Shown here one piece after another: positions 1-8,837 of a DNA stretch of 64,000 nt. The stretch spans positions 32,001 to 96,000 of the forward strand of contig CAVWLW010000050.1 of the NCBI GenBank assembly GCA_963755715.1, given 5' to 3'. Source of the DNA: an uncultured delta proteobacterium (GTDB taxonomy: Bacteria; Desulfobacterota; Binatia; UBA9968). The notes under the pieces were generated by a model that searched no databases, had not been told where the DNA came from, and saw only the letters and a program-made list of their open reading frames with translations. A program made the translations under genes and the position numbers. Each line of letters opens with the position of its first letter. Position 1 is the stretch's first letter.

Positions 1-672
1 CGGTGCAATCGCTTCCGGCGCGACGGCTTCGCGATTGCGCCGCGCGATGCCCAAATGGGTACGGCGAAAATCCGTCAGAGCCGCGGTCATGCGCGTATCG
101 GCGACCGGCGAGACGCAATTGACTTGAATATTATAAGCCTTGAGCTCATTGGCGGCGTTGCGCGTGAATGCGAGGATGCCGCCTTTGGCGGCCGCGTAAT
201 CGGCGACGCCGTACGAGCCGCGCAGCGCCGACGGCGCTGCGATGTTAATAATCTTGCCTTTGCGCTGCTGTTTCATGAAAGGGAGCACCGCTTGGGTGCA
301 GTTGAACGTTCCCTTGAGATGCACCGCCAGAGTCTCGTCCCACTGTTCTTCAGAGATATCTTCCAGCGGCGCCAGACGAAGAATGCCGGCATTGTTGACG
401 AGGATATCGATCCGTCCCCACTTGGCGATGGCCGCTTGCACGAGCCGCTCGGCGTCGCCCCGACGGCGCACGTCGGCCAGCATGGCGATGACGTCACGGC
501 CGGGCGCGGCGATCTCGGCCTTCGCCTTTTCAAGCGCGTCTTGATCGCGCACCGCGGCCAGCGCCAGCCGCGCGCCTTCCCGGGCGAAGGCGGACGCGAC
601 CGCGAAGCCGATGCCCCGGCTGCCGCCGGTAACGATCGCGACCTGATCCTCGAGTCTGCCTTGAATAGTCAC
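1..672 (-). CDS. SDR family NAD(P)-dependent oxidoreductase (3' end runs off window)
   Basis: Read manually on the minus strand from GTG at 672: MTIQGRLEDQVAIVTGGSRGIG (TGxxxGIG) and YAAAKGG (YxxxK). The + ORF 55..720 is its antisense shadow. Confidence 0.9.
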   Translation of the reverse strand, partial: MTIQGRLEDQVAIVTGGSRGIGFAVASAFAREGARLALAAVRDQDALEKAKAEIAAPGRDVIAMLADVRRRGDAERLVQAAIAKWGRIDILVNNAGILRLAPLEDISEEQWDETLAVHLKGTFNCTQAVLPFMKQQRKGKIINIAAPSALRGSYGVADYAAAKGGILAFTRNAANELKAYNIQVNCVSPVADTRMTAALTDFRRTHLGIARRNREAVAPEAIAP

Positions 673-743
673 CGGCGCGCGCTGTTCCTAGGGATTCTGA
701 TCATGTTGGAGTCCATTTAATTCGGATCTCGCGCGATCGCAAC

Positions 744-1229
744 TTATTTTTTTCCATCGGCCGCGCGCTCGAAGCGATCTTCAACTTCGCCGATGTAGGC
801 GGCGAGAGAATTGCTGGACTGCTCGACGATCACTCGCAGGTCTCGATCCAGCTTTTCCAGCCGAGCCAGAAGCGCATTGTTAAATTGCGTGGCTTGGTTG
901 CTCTGCTCGTGCAGCGCCTCTTCCAGAGATGTTTTCAACTGGTAGAAGCGCGACGCCTCCGCATTCTCGGCGATCTCGCGCTGGTTCTGCAACTCGCGCG
1001 ATTGGCGCCGGTTTTCCAGCAGCACCGACGACTGCAAATAAACGACGTAGATCAAAAACAGCAGCGCGAGCAGTGCGGTAACGATGAGCAAGACCAAGCC
1101 GAGCGGCGCCTGCACGGTGGTGAAGCCGACCGACAGCGTCGTCTCGCTCATAAAGGCGCTCCAGTTTAGGACCGCGAATATGGCGACGACGGCGACCAAA
1201 AAAACGATGAGCAATGTGCGCAGATACAC
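744..1229 (-). CDS. LapA/DUF1049-like membrane protein with coiled-coil tail
   Basis: Two hydrophobic helices around NW...LSVGFTTVQAPLGLVLL, then a coiled coil; GAGG RBS upstream. Confidence 0.75.
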   Translation of the reverse strand: MYLRTLLIVFLVAVVAIFAVLNWSAFMSETTLSVGFTTVQAPLGLVLLIVTALLALLFLIYVVYLQSSVLLENRRQSRELQNQREIAENAEASRFYQLKTSLEEALHEQSNQATQFNNALLARLEKLDRDLRVIVEQSSNSLAAYIGEVEDRFERAADGKK

Positions 1230-1377
1230 GGTAACCTCCTCGCTTGCACCCAGTTTGACTCAATCCGTCGATTCTTCAACACATGGCCCGGCTCGGCGCG
1301 ATAGGGCTTGACTGCGGAGCCCACTTCTCTGTTAAACTAAGAAACTGGACTAGCAGCAAGGAGGATCGCACACGACA

Positions 1378-1776
1378 ATGGCTATCCCTGGAGAAAAAGC
1401 AATCCAAATGGTGCGCAACGCGCACGGGCAGGCGGCGCAACTCGACATCGCGGTGACGGCCGTCGTGGTCGACCAAAGCGGCCGTATGATTGCGCTCGGG
1501 CGCATGGACAAAGCGCGCCCGATCACGGTCGAAATAGCGCTCAACAAAGCCTACACCGCGGCGAGTTTCCAACAACCGACGCACGAGTTGGCCGGCGTCG
1601 CGGCGCAGACCTGGTTTCAGAGTTTGGTGGTGTCGAGCAACGGCCGCATAATGCCCGGCGGCGGCGCATTGCCGATCGTCGAAGGCGGCAGCGTGGTTGG
1701 CGCCATTGCCGTCGCCGGCGGCACCGACGATCAAGATCAGAAGTGTGCCGAAGTGGCGCTGGCATCGTATTCGTGA
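1378..1776 (+). CDS. GlcG/HbpS (DUF336, PduO C-terminal-like) heme/corrinoid-binding protein
   Basis: Family motifs AVVVDQSG, NKAYTAA, GGGALPI, VGAIAVAGG..DQD; AAGGAGG RBS. Confidence 0.9.
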   Translation: MAIPGEKAIQMVRNAHGQAAQLDIAVTAVVVDQSGRMIALGRMDKARPITVEIALNKAYTAASFQQPTHELAGVAAQTWFQSLVVSSNGRIMPGGGALPIVEGGSVVGAIAVAGGTDDQDQKCAEVALASYS

Positions 1777-1836
1777 CATTAATGGGATTGAATCGATTGA
1801 ACAGCCTATTACGCGCCGATCTAAAAGGAGTGTGTT

Positions 1837-3179
1837 ATGGCACTGACAATTGAGCAGGAAGCCCAACAGCCCACCGGAACTGCGGGCGCCAACGGCGAGC
1901 CACGCCGGCGAAGAATTTCCTACGCCTTACCTCGGGCGGTCAGTCAAAATCGTCGGTCAGCATGTCAACGTCGATATGAACCAGTCGCCGCATCCGAAGA
2001 ATCAGCGCGGCGAACTCGGCAAACCGCTGTTCAACTGGTATCGCAACACCGTCTCCAAAGATCCCTCTGACCCGCGTCTCGGCACCCAACCACTTCGCCG
2101 ATCGCAGACATTTTCTGGCCAACGTGATCAACCGGTCGAGCAACGGTAAAGTCAATCCACAAAAAGTCGCGGTGGACGATCCGGCGGCGATGGCGCGCCA
2201 CATCAAGGCCGTCGCCCTCTACATGGGAGCCGACGTGGTCGGCATCGCCAAGACGCATCCGTCCTATCTGTACGCTGCTGGCGGAGGCCGCTACGTTCAG
2301 GACGGCACGGCGAAGGACGACTACCAAAGCAACTCGCCTGAAGATCTGGCGCGGAAGTTTCCCTATATCATCCAGGCAACCACCGCGTGGGATTACAACA
2401 AGCTCCAGGCGCACCGCCATCAGATCGGCGACGCCGCGTACCACGTGTCGCAAATGAAAGGCGTGATGGTGCTGAAGGCGCTCGAAGGCTACATCAAAGA
2501 ACTCGGTTACACGGCGCTCCGAGGCGTAGTCACGCCGCAGGCGGCCGGCGTTGCCGGGGGCATCGGTGAGTTGGGCAGAAACGGATTGGTCATCAACAAA
2601 AACTTCGGCGCCCGCATTCATATGCCCGACCCGATTTTAACCGACCTGCCTCTCGTTGCCGACGCGCCCGTGGATATCGGCGTCGATGACTTCTGCAAAA
2701 TTTGCCGCAAATGCGCCAACACTTGTCCGACCAACAGCATACCGTTCGGTGACAAGGTGGTCTTCAACGGTATCGAAAAATACAAGATCAATTGGCTCAC
2801 TTGCTACAAGCTGAGACCGTATGTGCACGATCATTGGGGCAGCTGCCTCACCTGCGCCGCCGTCTGCCCGTTTACCAAGCCGAATGTCTGGTGGCACACG
2901 ATGACGGTGTCGATGCTTCATGCTTTTCCTTACTTCGCGCGTCCAGCGTTGGTGCGTTTTCTCAAATGGATCGACGACCGCTTCTGGGGCGTCGTGCGCA
3001 ATACCCGCGTCACCTGGCTCGGCTACGACTCCGGCGTCAAGCCGGGTGAGCACGCTTGCACCGTCGCCGGCTGTAACGCCTCGCACGAGAAGAGTGCGGC
3101 AAGCGCCGTCGCGGGAAACGTCGGCTACTACGCGCCGCTCAAAGAGAACACCAATCGATTCGTCAAACGGGATGCTTAG
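1837..3179 (+). CDS. Reductive dehalogenase-like cobalamin/2x[4Fe-4S] enzyme, no TAT signal (apparent frameshifts in the 5' part)
   Basis: ATG 1837 behind AAGGAG; the reading frame passes through ORFs 1837, 1850 and 2124. Motifs GADVVGIA, AGGIGELGRNGLVI..FGARI..ILTDLPL, CKICRKCANTCP and C-x13-CLTCAAVCP. Confidence 0.85.
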
Positions 3180-3763
3180 TGGCCTTGCGAATCGGTCCGC
3201 TCAATTTGCCTTGGCGCGGGAAAAACACTCACAAGGACGATCCCTATTGGGATTTTTTCATCAACACGCCCGCCGCGGATCTCGCCAATACGGTCACCGA
3301 GATGATCCGCAATGCCCCCGAGGGCAATGTATTCCCAACCAGAACAGAGCTCCACACTCCCGAGATAACTTCGAGTCACGTTAAAGGAATGGCGGAATAC
3401 TTCGGTGCCGAGATGACGGGCATCGCCAGACTGACTCCAGCGGATACGCGCGACGGTGAATTCTATCCGTTCGCGGTCATTTGCGCGGTACATGCCGATT
3501 ATGATCCACGAAAATCACCAGGGATCGGCGGTCAGGTGCCGGTGCAAAATGGGCTGTTCATCAGCTTCGTTCTGAGCGCGTGGATCAGGGAGTTGGGTTA
3601 TCGCGCTAGCGCAGCGCCGGAACCGGATGCTGAAAAGTTGGCCGCCAGAGCCGGGCTCGGCAGTTTGAATGAAGAAGGAAAATTGGTAACGCCACGGTTC
3701 GGCGCCAACGTTCACGTGGCCAACGTGATTCGCACCGACCTGCCGCTGGCGCCGGACGGCTAG
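3179..3763 (+). CDS. Short RdhA/QueG-like corrinoid-domain paralog lacking Fe-S clusters
   Basis: GTG overlaps the previous stop. VKGMAEYFGAEMTGIA, WIRELGYRA and AARAGLGSLNEEGKLVTPRFGANVHV..IRTDLPLAPDG parallel the upstream enzyme, but the protein stops before the Cys motifs. Confidence 0.8.
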   Translation: MALRIGPLNLPWRGKNTHKDDPYWDFFINTPAADLANTVTEMIRNAPEGNVFPTRTELHTPEITSSHVKGMAEYFGAEMTGIARLTPADTRDGEFYPFAVICAVHADYDPRKSPGIGGQVPVQNGLFISFVLSAWIRELGYRASAAPEPDAEKLAARAGLGSLNEEGKLVTPRFGANVHVANVIRTDLPLAPDG

Positions 3764-3769
3764 CAAAGT

Positions 3770-3847
3770 TAATTTCAAATCTCAAATTGCAGATCTCAGA
3801 TCCGAAATTTTGAAATTTGAAGATTTGTAATTCCGAGCGAAGCGAGT
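3770..3847. repeat. Imperfect 7-bp tandem/inverted repeat tract followed by GAGCGAAGCGAG
   Basis: atttcaa atctcaa attgcag atctcag atccgaa attttga aatttga agatttg. Confidence 0.55.
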
Positions 3848-3853
3848 ATCCTG

Positions 3854-4520
3854 ATGCCCTATATCATCACCAGTCTTGTGCACCAACGACGGAGCCTGCG
3901 TCGAAGTGTGCCCGGTTGCGTGCATTCATACGACCCCCGGCGCGCCGCAGTTCTACATCGATCCCGAAGTCTGCATCGATTGCGAGCAATGCGAGATCGT
4001 TTGCCCGGTAGACGCGATCTTCAAAGACATCGACATCCCCGCCGAGCACGTTCCATCGATCGAGGTAAACGCCGCCTTTTTTCGCAAGAACAAAGCGGCG
4101 GTCGGACCGGTACCGTTCGATATAGCGTGGGAGATGATTCATGCCGCCCAGGATTACGCGCAGCTCTTCGGCATCGCAGTCAGCGCGGCGGTTGTCGACG
4201 AAGCCGGCGCACCCATTGCCGTGGGGAAAATGGACAAAGCGGAACCGCGATCGACGGAGCTAGCCTTCAACAAAGCCTACACCGCGGCGGCGCTCCATGT
4301 GCCGACCGCGGAGTTGGTGCAGCAGGCGCGCCAACCCTGGCTGCGCAGTTTAATGGTTTCCCATCGCGGACGGATGATGCCCGTGAGCGGCGCGGTGCCG
4401 ATTCTCAACGGTGTCACCATCGTCGGCGCTATCGGCGTGGCCGGCGCGAGCCGCCCGGAGCAAGATGTTCTTTGCTGCCGCGCCGCTATGGCGGTGTGGG
4501 AAAGCCCGGGACATCACTAA
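3854..4520 (+). CDS. FdxA-type dicluster ferredoxin fused to a GlcG/HbpS domain (1-nt frameshift near 3876)
   Basis: MPYIITSL|CTNDGACVEVCPVACIH...IDPEVCIDCEQCEIVCPVDAI, continuing in frame into AAVVDEAG, NKAYTAA, GAIGVAG..EQD. Confidence 0.88.
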
Positions 4521-4645
4521 ATCTATCGATGTTCGACCTGCTCTGAGTTCGCATCAAGGCGGTTAAGTCTCGGAGCTGGCGAGTTGCCACCGTGAAGTAA
4601 ATTTCGCGCCTTACGCCTCACCCTTTCCCACTCACATTTTGTGCT

Positions 4646-5671
4646 CTACTTCACTTCCCCCGGAAAAAGCTTCGACGCATAGTCGCGGTTGACCGCCTGA
4701 ATAAGCGTATTGTCGTAAAATTTCTTCGGATCGGCCCCCTTCGCCTTGGCATCGGATGAATCGTCGAGCACGACGCGGATCGCCGCCGGATCCACGGTCA
4801 TGTCTTTGTTCCACACCCGCAAGCCTTGCTGGTAGTTTTCGGACAGGATTTTTGGGTCGGCGATCTTGGTATACTTCGACTCGATTTTCTTGGCGAATTC
4901 TTCGTCGTCAACCGCTCTTTTCACGCCATCGAGATAACTCATGAGAAACGCCTTGATCGTATTCGGATACTTTTGCAAGAACTCGCGCGTCACCGATGTG
5001 CCCGGACCGACGATTTTCAATCCTTCTTTGTAGTAGTCGATAATGATCGGATAACCCTGCTGTTTGGCCAGTTCGGTCTGTGGTGGAGAGATGACGAGGC
5101 CATCGGCATTGCCCACGAAAAAAGTCGAGAGAGCCTCCGGGGGTGAGCGATGATAGAGCAGTTTCAAATCTTTGCCGACCTCCATGCCTTGTTTCCGCGC
5201 CGTCATGCGAATAGCGATTTCGCCGAAGGCGCCGGGAAACGTGGTCGCAATCGATTTGCCGCGCAAGCTCTCGAAAGACGTGATTCCCTTTTGCCCAAAC
5301 AAAATTAGCGAGTTTCTGTCCACCGCTGCGGCCACGTAAATAATATCCGCGCCCGCCAAATTCGCCGCGATGGCGGCGGTGCCGCCCTGATAAATGTCGA
5401 TGGTTCCCGAAATAACGCCTTGAACCGCTATGGTCGCGCCGACTTGATTGACCGAGACATTGAGACCGCGCTTGGCAAAGTAGCCCGCTTCGAGCGCAAT
5501 AAAGAGCGGCAGACTCGTAGTCCCCGAGCCCGCCGTGCCGACTTCCAGGCGGGTTTTTTCCGGCTTCGCAGTGAGTGCTTGTTCTGCGCTCTCGGAATTC
5601 CACGGCAACGCGATCGAGCAGATCATGCCGAGGACGAGCGCGCTCCAACGCGCTGGCAAGAGATAATTCAT
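4646..5671 (-). CDS. ABC transporter substrate-binding protein (SsuA/THI5/NMT1-like)
   Basis: Signal peptide, LPLFIALEAGYF, SLRGKSIA, PNTIKAFL. Confidence 0.88.
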   Translation of the reverse strand: MNYLLPARWSALVLGMICSIALPWNSESAEQALTAKPEKTRLEVGTAGSGTTSLPLFIALEAGYFAKRGLNVSVNQVGATIAVQGVISGTIDIYQGGTAAIAANLAGADIIYVAAAVDRNSLILFGQKGITSFESLRGKSIATTFPGAFGEIAIRMTARKQGMEVGKDLKLLYHRSPPEALSTFFVGNADGLVISPPQTELAKQQGYPIIIDYYKEGLKIVGPGTSVTREFLQKYPNTIKAFLMSYLDGVKRAVDDEEFAKKIESKYTKIADPKILSENYQQGLRVWNKDMTVDPAAIRVVLDDSSDAKAKGADPKKFYDNTLIQAVNRDYASKLFPGEVK

Positions 5672-5703
5672 GGCTCATTCCTCGTGATCGCCCGCTTTCG
5701 ACT

Positions 5704-6694
5704 TTATTTCATCTCGGCCAAGACCTGCCGTAGCAGCGTAAAATCAATAACGTCTTCCTGCTTCACTTCTTTCCCGGTGGTTTTCTTGATCAGCTCGAGC
5801 TGGGTTCGGATCGCGCTTTCCTTGCCGAGCCCGTCGGGACTGACGGTCTTCAACGACCGGGCGTAGCCCTTTTCAGCGATCGGCTTGGAAAGCTTGAGCC
5901 AATCCATGTAAAGCGCGACCGACTCGGAGCGGTGATTCAAAAAGAACAGCCCCGCCTTGACCATCGCTCGAATGAATTTCTTCACCTCTTCGGGATTTTC
6001 TTTGAGCTTTTTATCGGTGACGGTGAGCCCGCTGAAGGGCACCTCGAACTTGCCTTCGATGTCGGCGAGCAAACTATAGCCTTTGTCTTCCGCCACGGCA
6101 TGAAGCGGCACCGGCAGCGGCGTCGCCTCGACGCTGCCGGCGAAGAGCGCCTGCAGCCGCACGTTTTCCCGTCCCATCGCAAGCATCACCACGTCCTTGT
6201 CAGGATCCAGGCCGCCGGCCGAAAGCATGGCGCGCGTGGATGTGTAAACCGCGCCGGAAAAACTGCTGATGGCAATCTTCTTGCCGCGCAACTGGGCGAC
6301 ACTTTTGAATTCCGGCCGTGCGACTAATGTGAGATCGGCAAATTTATGCGCCAGGTGAACGCTCTTGATCGGCAAACCCTGCGCCGCCGCCAACAGCCCG
6401 GAGCCGCCGCCGAACAGCGTATAGTCGATCTCGCCCACGACCTGGCTCTTCAACGCGAGATCGCTGGTGATAATCAACAGCGTCGGCCGCAGTCCCTCAT
6501 CGTCAAAAAATTTCTGCTTGATGCCGGTCATCAAGGTGACCGACGCCATCGACGGCGGATAGGCGACTTTGACTTCCTTTAATCTCGCGGACTTGGGCCG
6601 CGCGCGCAGGGGTCGCAACCGGCAGCAAGAGAAGAGAAAATAAAAACGCTAGCGCGCTGAGATGCGTTTGGGTGGACGTTCGATCACCGGTCAT
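5704..6694 (-). CDS. ABC transporter substrate-binding protein (SsuA/THI5-like; frameshift near 6590)
   Basis: The signal-peptide ORF from ATG 6694 joins the body ORF 5704..6618 (QKFFDDEGL, QLRGKKIAISS). Confidence 0.82.
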
Positions 6695-6785
6695 GTTCGC
6701 GCCCTCTTTGCCGAGCGAAATCCGAGGGAGAATTATTCACGTGGTCGCAGCCGAACATCATGAGCGTTGTCAAGTTCGCAGAGAA

Positions 6786-7124
6786 TTAGCTCCGGCGCAC
6801 TGCAAAGAGTTTTTCGAATTCGCCGCCGTCGAGCCAGATGCCGCGGCAGTCGGCACAGGCATCTAAAATGACCGACCGATCGATGCTGCTATAAACACGC
6901 AGGAGTTCCGACCCATCGCGCGGACATTTTCCCCTTTTTCCTTCGACCTCGTCTTTGACATGGCCGCGGCGCAATGACGCCACGTGGCGCGCCTCTTCGG
7001 CGAGAAGCTGGCTAAGCTCATGCGCGTCGAACCAAATGCCGGCGCAGGACGAGCACCGGTCCACGGCTACCCCTTGCACTGAGAATTCACCGAGCGTGTC
7101 GGCCTCGCACTTTGGACAGTTCAT
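6786..7124 (-). CDS. Tandem TFIIB-type zinc-ribbon protein
   Basis: CPKC..DRCSSCAGIWFDAHEL repeated as CPRD..DACADCRGIWLDGGE. Confidence 0.85.
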   Translation of the reverse strand: MNCPKCEADTLGEFSVQGVAVDRCSSCAGIWFDAHELSQLLAEEARHVASLRRGHVKDEVEGKRGKCPRDGSELLRVYSSIDRSVILDACADCRGIWLDGGEFEKLFAVRRS

Positions 7125-7297
7125 ATTCGATTCTTCCTGATTTCCCCAGGGTGATTGCCGAAAACGTTAATTGAATCGTTCAAGGGGTGCAAGCAGAGAA
7201 TTGGGAAGATGCCGCCGCTGCCTCTTTCACTGAATAGTGAATTGGTTGTATAAATCTGTTCGGGCTGTATCTGCCATTAAATATAAGGAGGTCTCCC

Positions 7298-7726
7298 ATG
7301 AAGACGGTCAGAGACATCCTAGCCGTTAAAGGGCGCGAGGTTTGGACCATCGAGCTCGAAGCTACGGTATTCGAAGCCATGAAGCGCATGGCGGAAAAGG
7401 AAGTCGGCGCCCTGCTGGTCGCGGATGGCCCAAAGCTCGTCGGCCTCATCTCCGAGCGCGACTACGCCCGCAAAGTGATTCTTCAGGGCCGCGCGTCTCC
7501 TACCACGAGGGTCAGGGAAATCATGACCAGCCACGTCGTCTGCACGCACCTCGACCAACCGATCGAAGAATGCATGGCCGTCATGACGGACAAGCGCGTG
7601 CGCCATTTGCCAGTCATCGAAGAAGGAAAATTGGTCGGCATCATCTCCATCGGCGACCTGGTCAAGTCGATCATCGATGATCAGAAATTTATCATCGAGC
7701 AGCTGGAGAGATATATTACCAGCTGA
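7298..7726 (+). CDS. CBS domain protein
   Basis: LVGLISERDY, MTDKRVRHLPV, GIISIGDLVK; AAGGAGG RBS. Confidence 0.93.
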   Translation: MKTVRDILAVKGREVWTIELEATVFEAMKRMAEKEVGALLVADGPKLVGLISERDYARKVILQGRASPTTRVREIMTSHVVCTHLDQPIEECMAVMTDKRVRHLPVIEEGKLVGIISIGDLVKSIIDDQKFIIEQLERYITS

Positions 7727-7811
7727 ACTCGACTCACAATCATTGCCGACCCACGTTCGGCTGTCGATAATCAATAGCGGCTACTAAGGCCAGGAAACAC
7801 ACGGAGGAAAA

Positions 7812-8834
7812 ATGCTACCTGAAATACCCCGAGAGAAGCAGCTCGGCATCCTGCAAAGGATGCTGATGATCAGGCGGGCCGAAGAGCACGTCATTCGGTT
7901 CAATGAAGACTACGAGGGTCTGATTCGCGGCCATTTTCACGTTTACATCGGCCAGGAGGCGACAGGCGTCGCAGTGTGCGAAGCTCTGCAGAAGGACGAT
8001 TACGTGTTCAGTACGCACCGCAATCACGGCCACGTCATTGCCAAGGGCGGCGACCCGGGCAAAGTGCTGGCCGAGATTATCGGTCGGGAAACGGGCTACT
8101 GCCGCGGGCGGGCGGGCACGTTTCACGTCGCCGCGCCTGATCTGAAAATCATTCACACCTCGGCCATCGTCGGCGGCTGTCTCGCGCTCGCCGCCGGGAC
8201 GGCTTTCGCCTCTCAGGTGCAGGAAACACGCGCGGTCTCCGTGGTCTTTTTCGGCGATGGCGCGATGGAAGAAGGCGTTTTCTACGAGTCGTTGAATATC
8301 GCGAAGCTCTGGCAACTGCCGCTGATCTTTCTGATGGAAAATAACTATCGGCGCGCCGGCCACAGCGGCTCAAGCCACAGCGCCAAAGAGTTGTCCAACG
8401 TTCCGCGCGCGCTCAACGTTGAAACCACCGTCGTCGACGGCGGTGACGTGGGCGCGATGTATAAAACCACGAGCGAACTCGTCCAGCGCATTCGCGCCGG
8501 CGAAGGGCCATTTTTCGTCGAAGCGCAAACCCATCCCTGGCCGGGCAACGACACCACCCATCCGAAGCTCGTCGCCGGCAAGACCGATATAAAATGGGCT
8601 TGGGATCCGAGCCCCGTCCCGGAAAACGTCCGCTCTTGGTACGCCGAAGGCGATCCCGTATTTATTTTTGCCCGCGAGCTGGTGAAAAGCGGCGGCGTCA
8701 GCCGCGAAGAGATCGAGCGCATCGATGCGGAAGTTCGCAAACAAGCGGACGAGGCGGCGCGTTTCGCGCTGGAAAGCCCGCTGCCGGAGCCGAAAGCCGC
8801 GCTCAACTTTGCTTATGCCGGAAGAGGTAATTGA
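7812..8834 (+). CDS. TPP-dependent 2-oxoacid/acetoin dehydrogenase E1 alpha-like subunit
   Basis: GHFHVYIGQEA, STHRNHGH, FGDGA...ENN TPP motif. Confidence 0.9.
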   Translation: MLPEIPREKQLGILQRMLMIRRAEEHVIRFNEDYEGLIRGHFHVYIGQEATGVAVCEALQKDDYVFSTHRNHGHVIAKGGDPGKVLAEIIGRETGYCRGRAGTFHVAAPDLKIIHTSAIVGGCLALAAGTAFASQVQETRAVSVVFFGDGAMEEGVFYESLNIAKLWQLPLIFLMENNYRRAGHSGSSHSAKELSNVPRALNVETTVVDGGDVGAMYKTTSELVQRIRAGEGPFFVEAQTHPWPGNDTTHPKLVAGKTDIKWAWDPSPVPENVRSWYAEGDPVFIFARELVKSGGVSREEIERIDAEVRKQADEAARFALESPLPEPKAALNFAYAGRGN

Positions 8835-8837
8835 GCC

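Noticed and set aside
55-720. 221-aa + strand ORF (and similar long ORFs at 8370-9707, 41293-42531, 49999-50742)
   Set aside because: These are antisense shadows of clear genes on the opposite strand, common in GC-rich DNA.
1230-1377. Cobalamin riboswitch ahead of the corrinoid operon
   Set aside because: The intergenic region is short and I see no B12-box or conserved core; an Rfam scan would be decisive.
1837-3179. Calling this queG or a respiratory rdhA
   Set aside because: The second cluster spacing is C-x13-CxxCxxxCP and QueG-type DYH/GCDxCQ motifs are absent. There is no RRxFxK TAT signal or rdhB, so neither label is supported.
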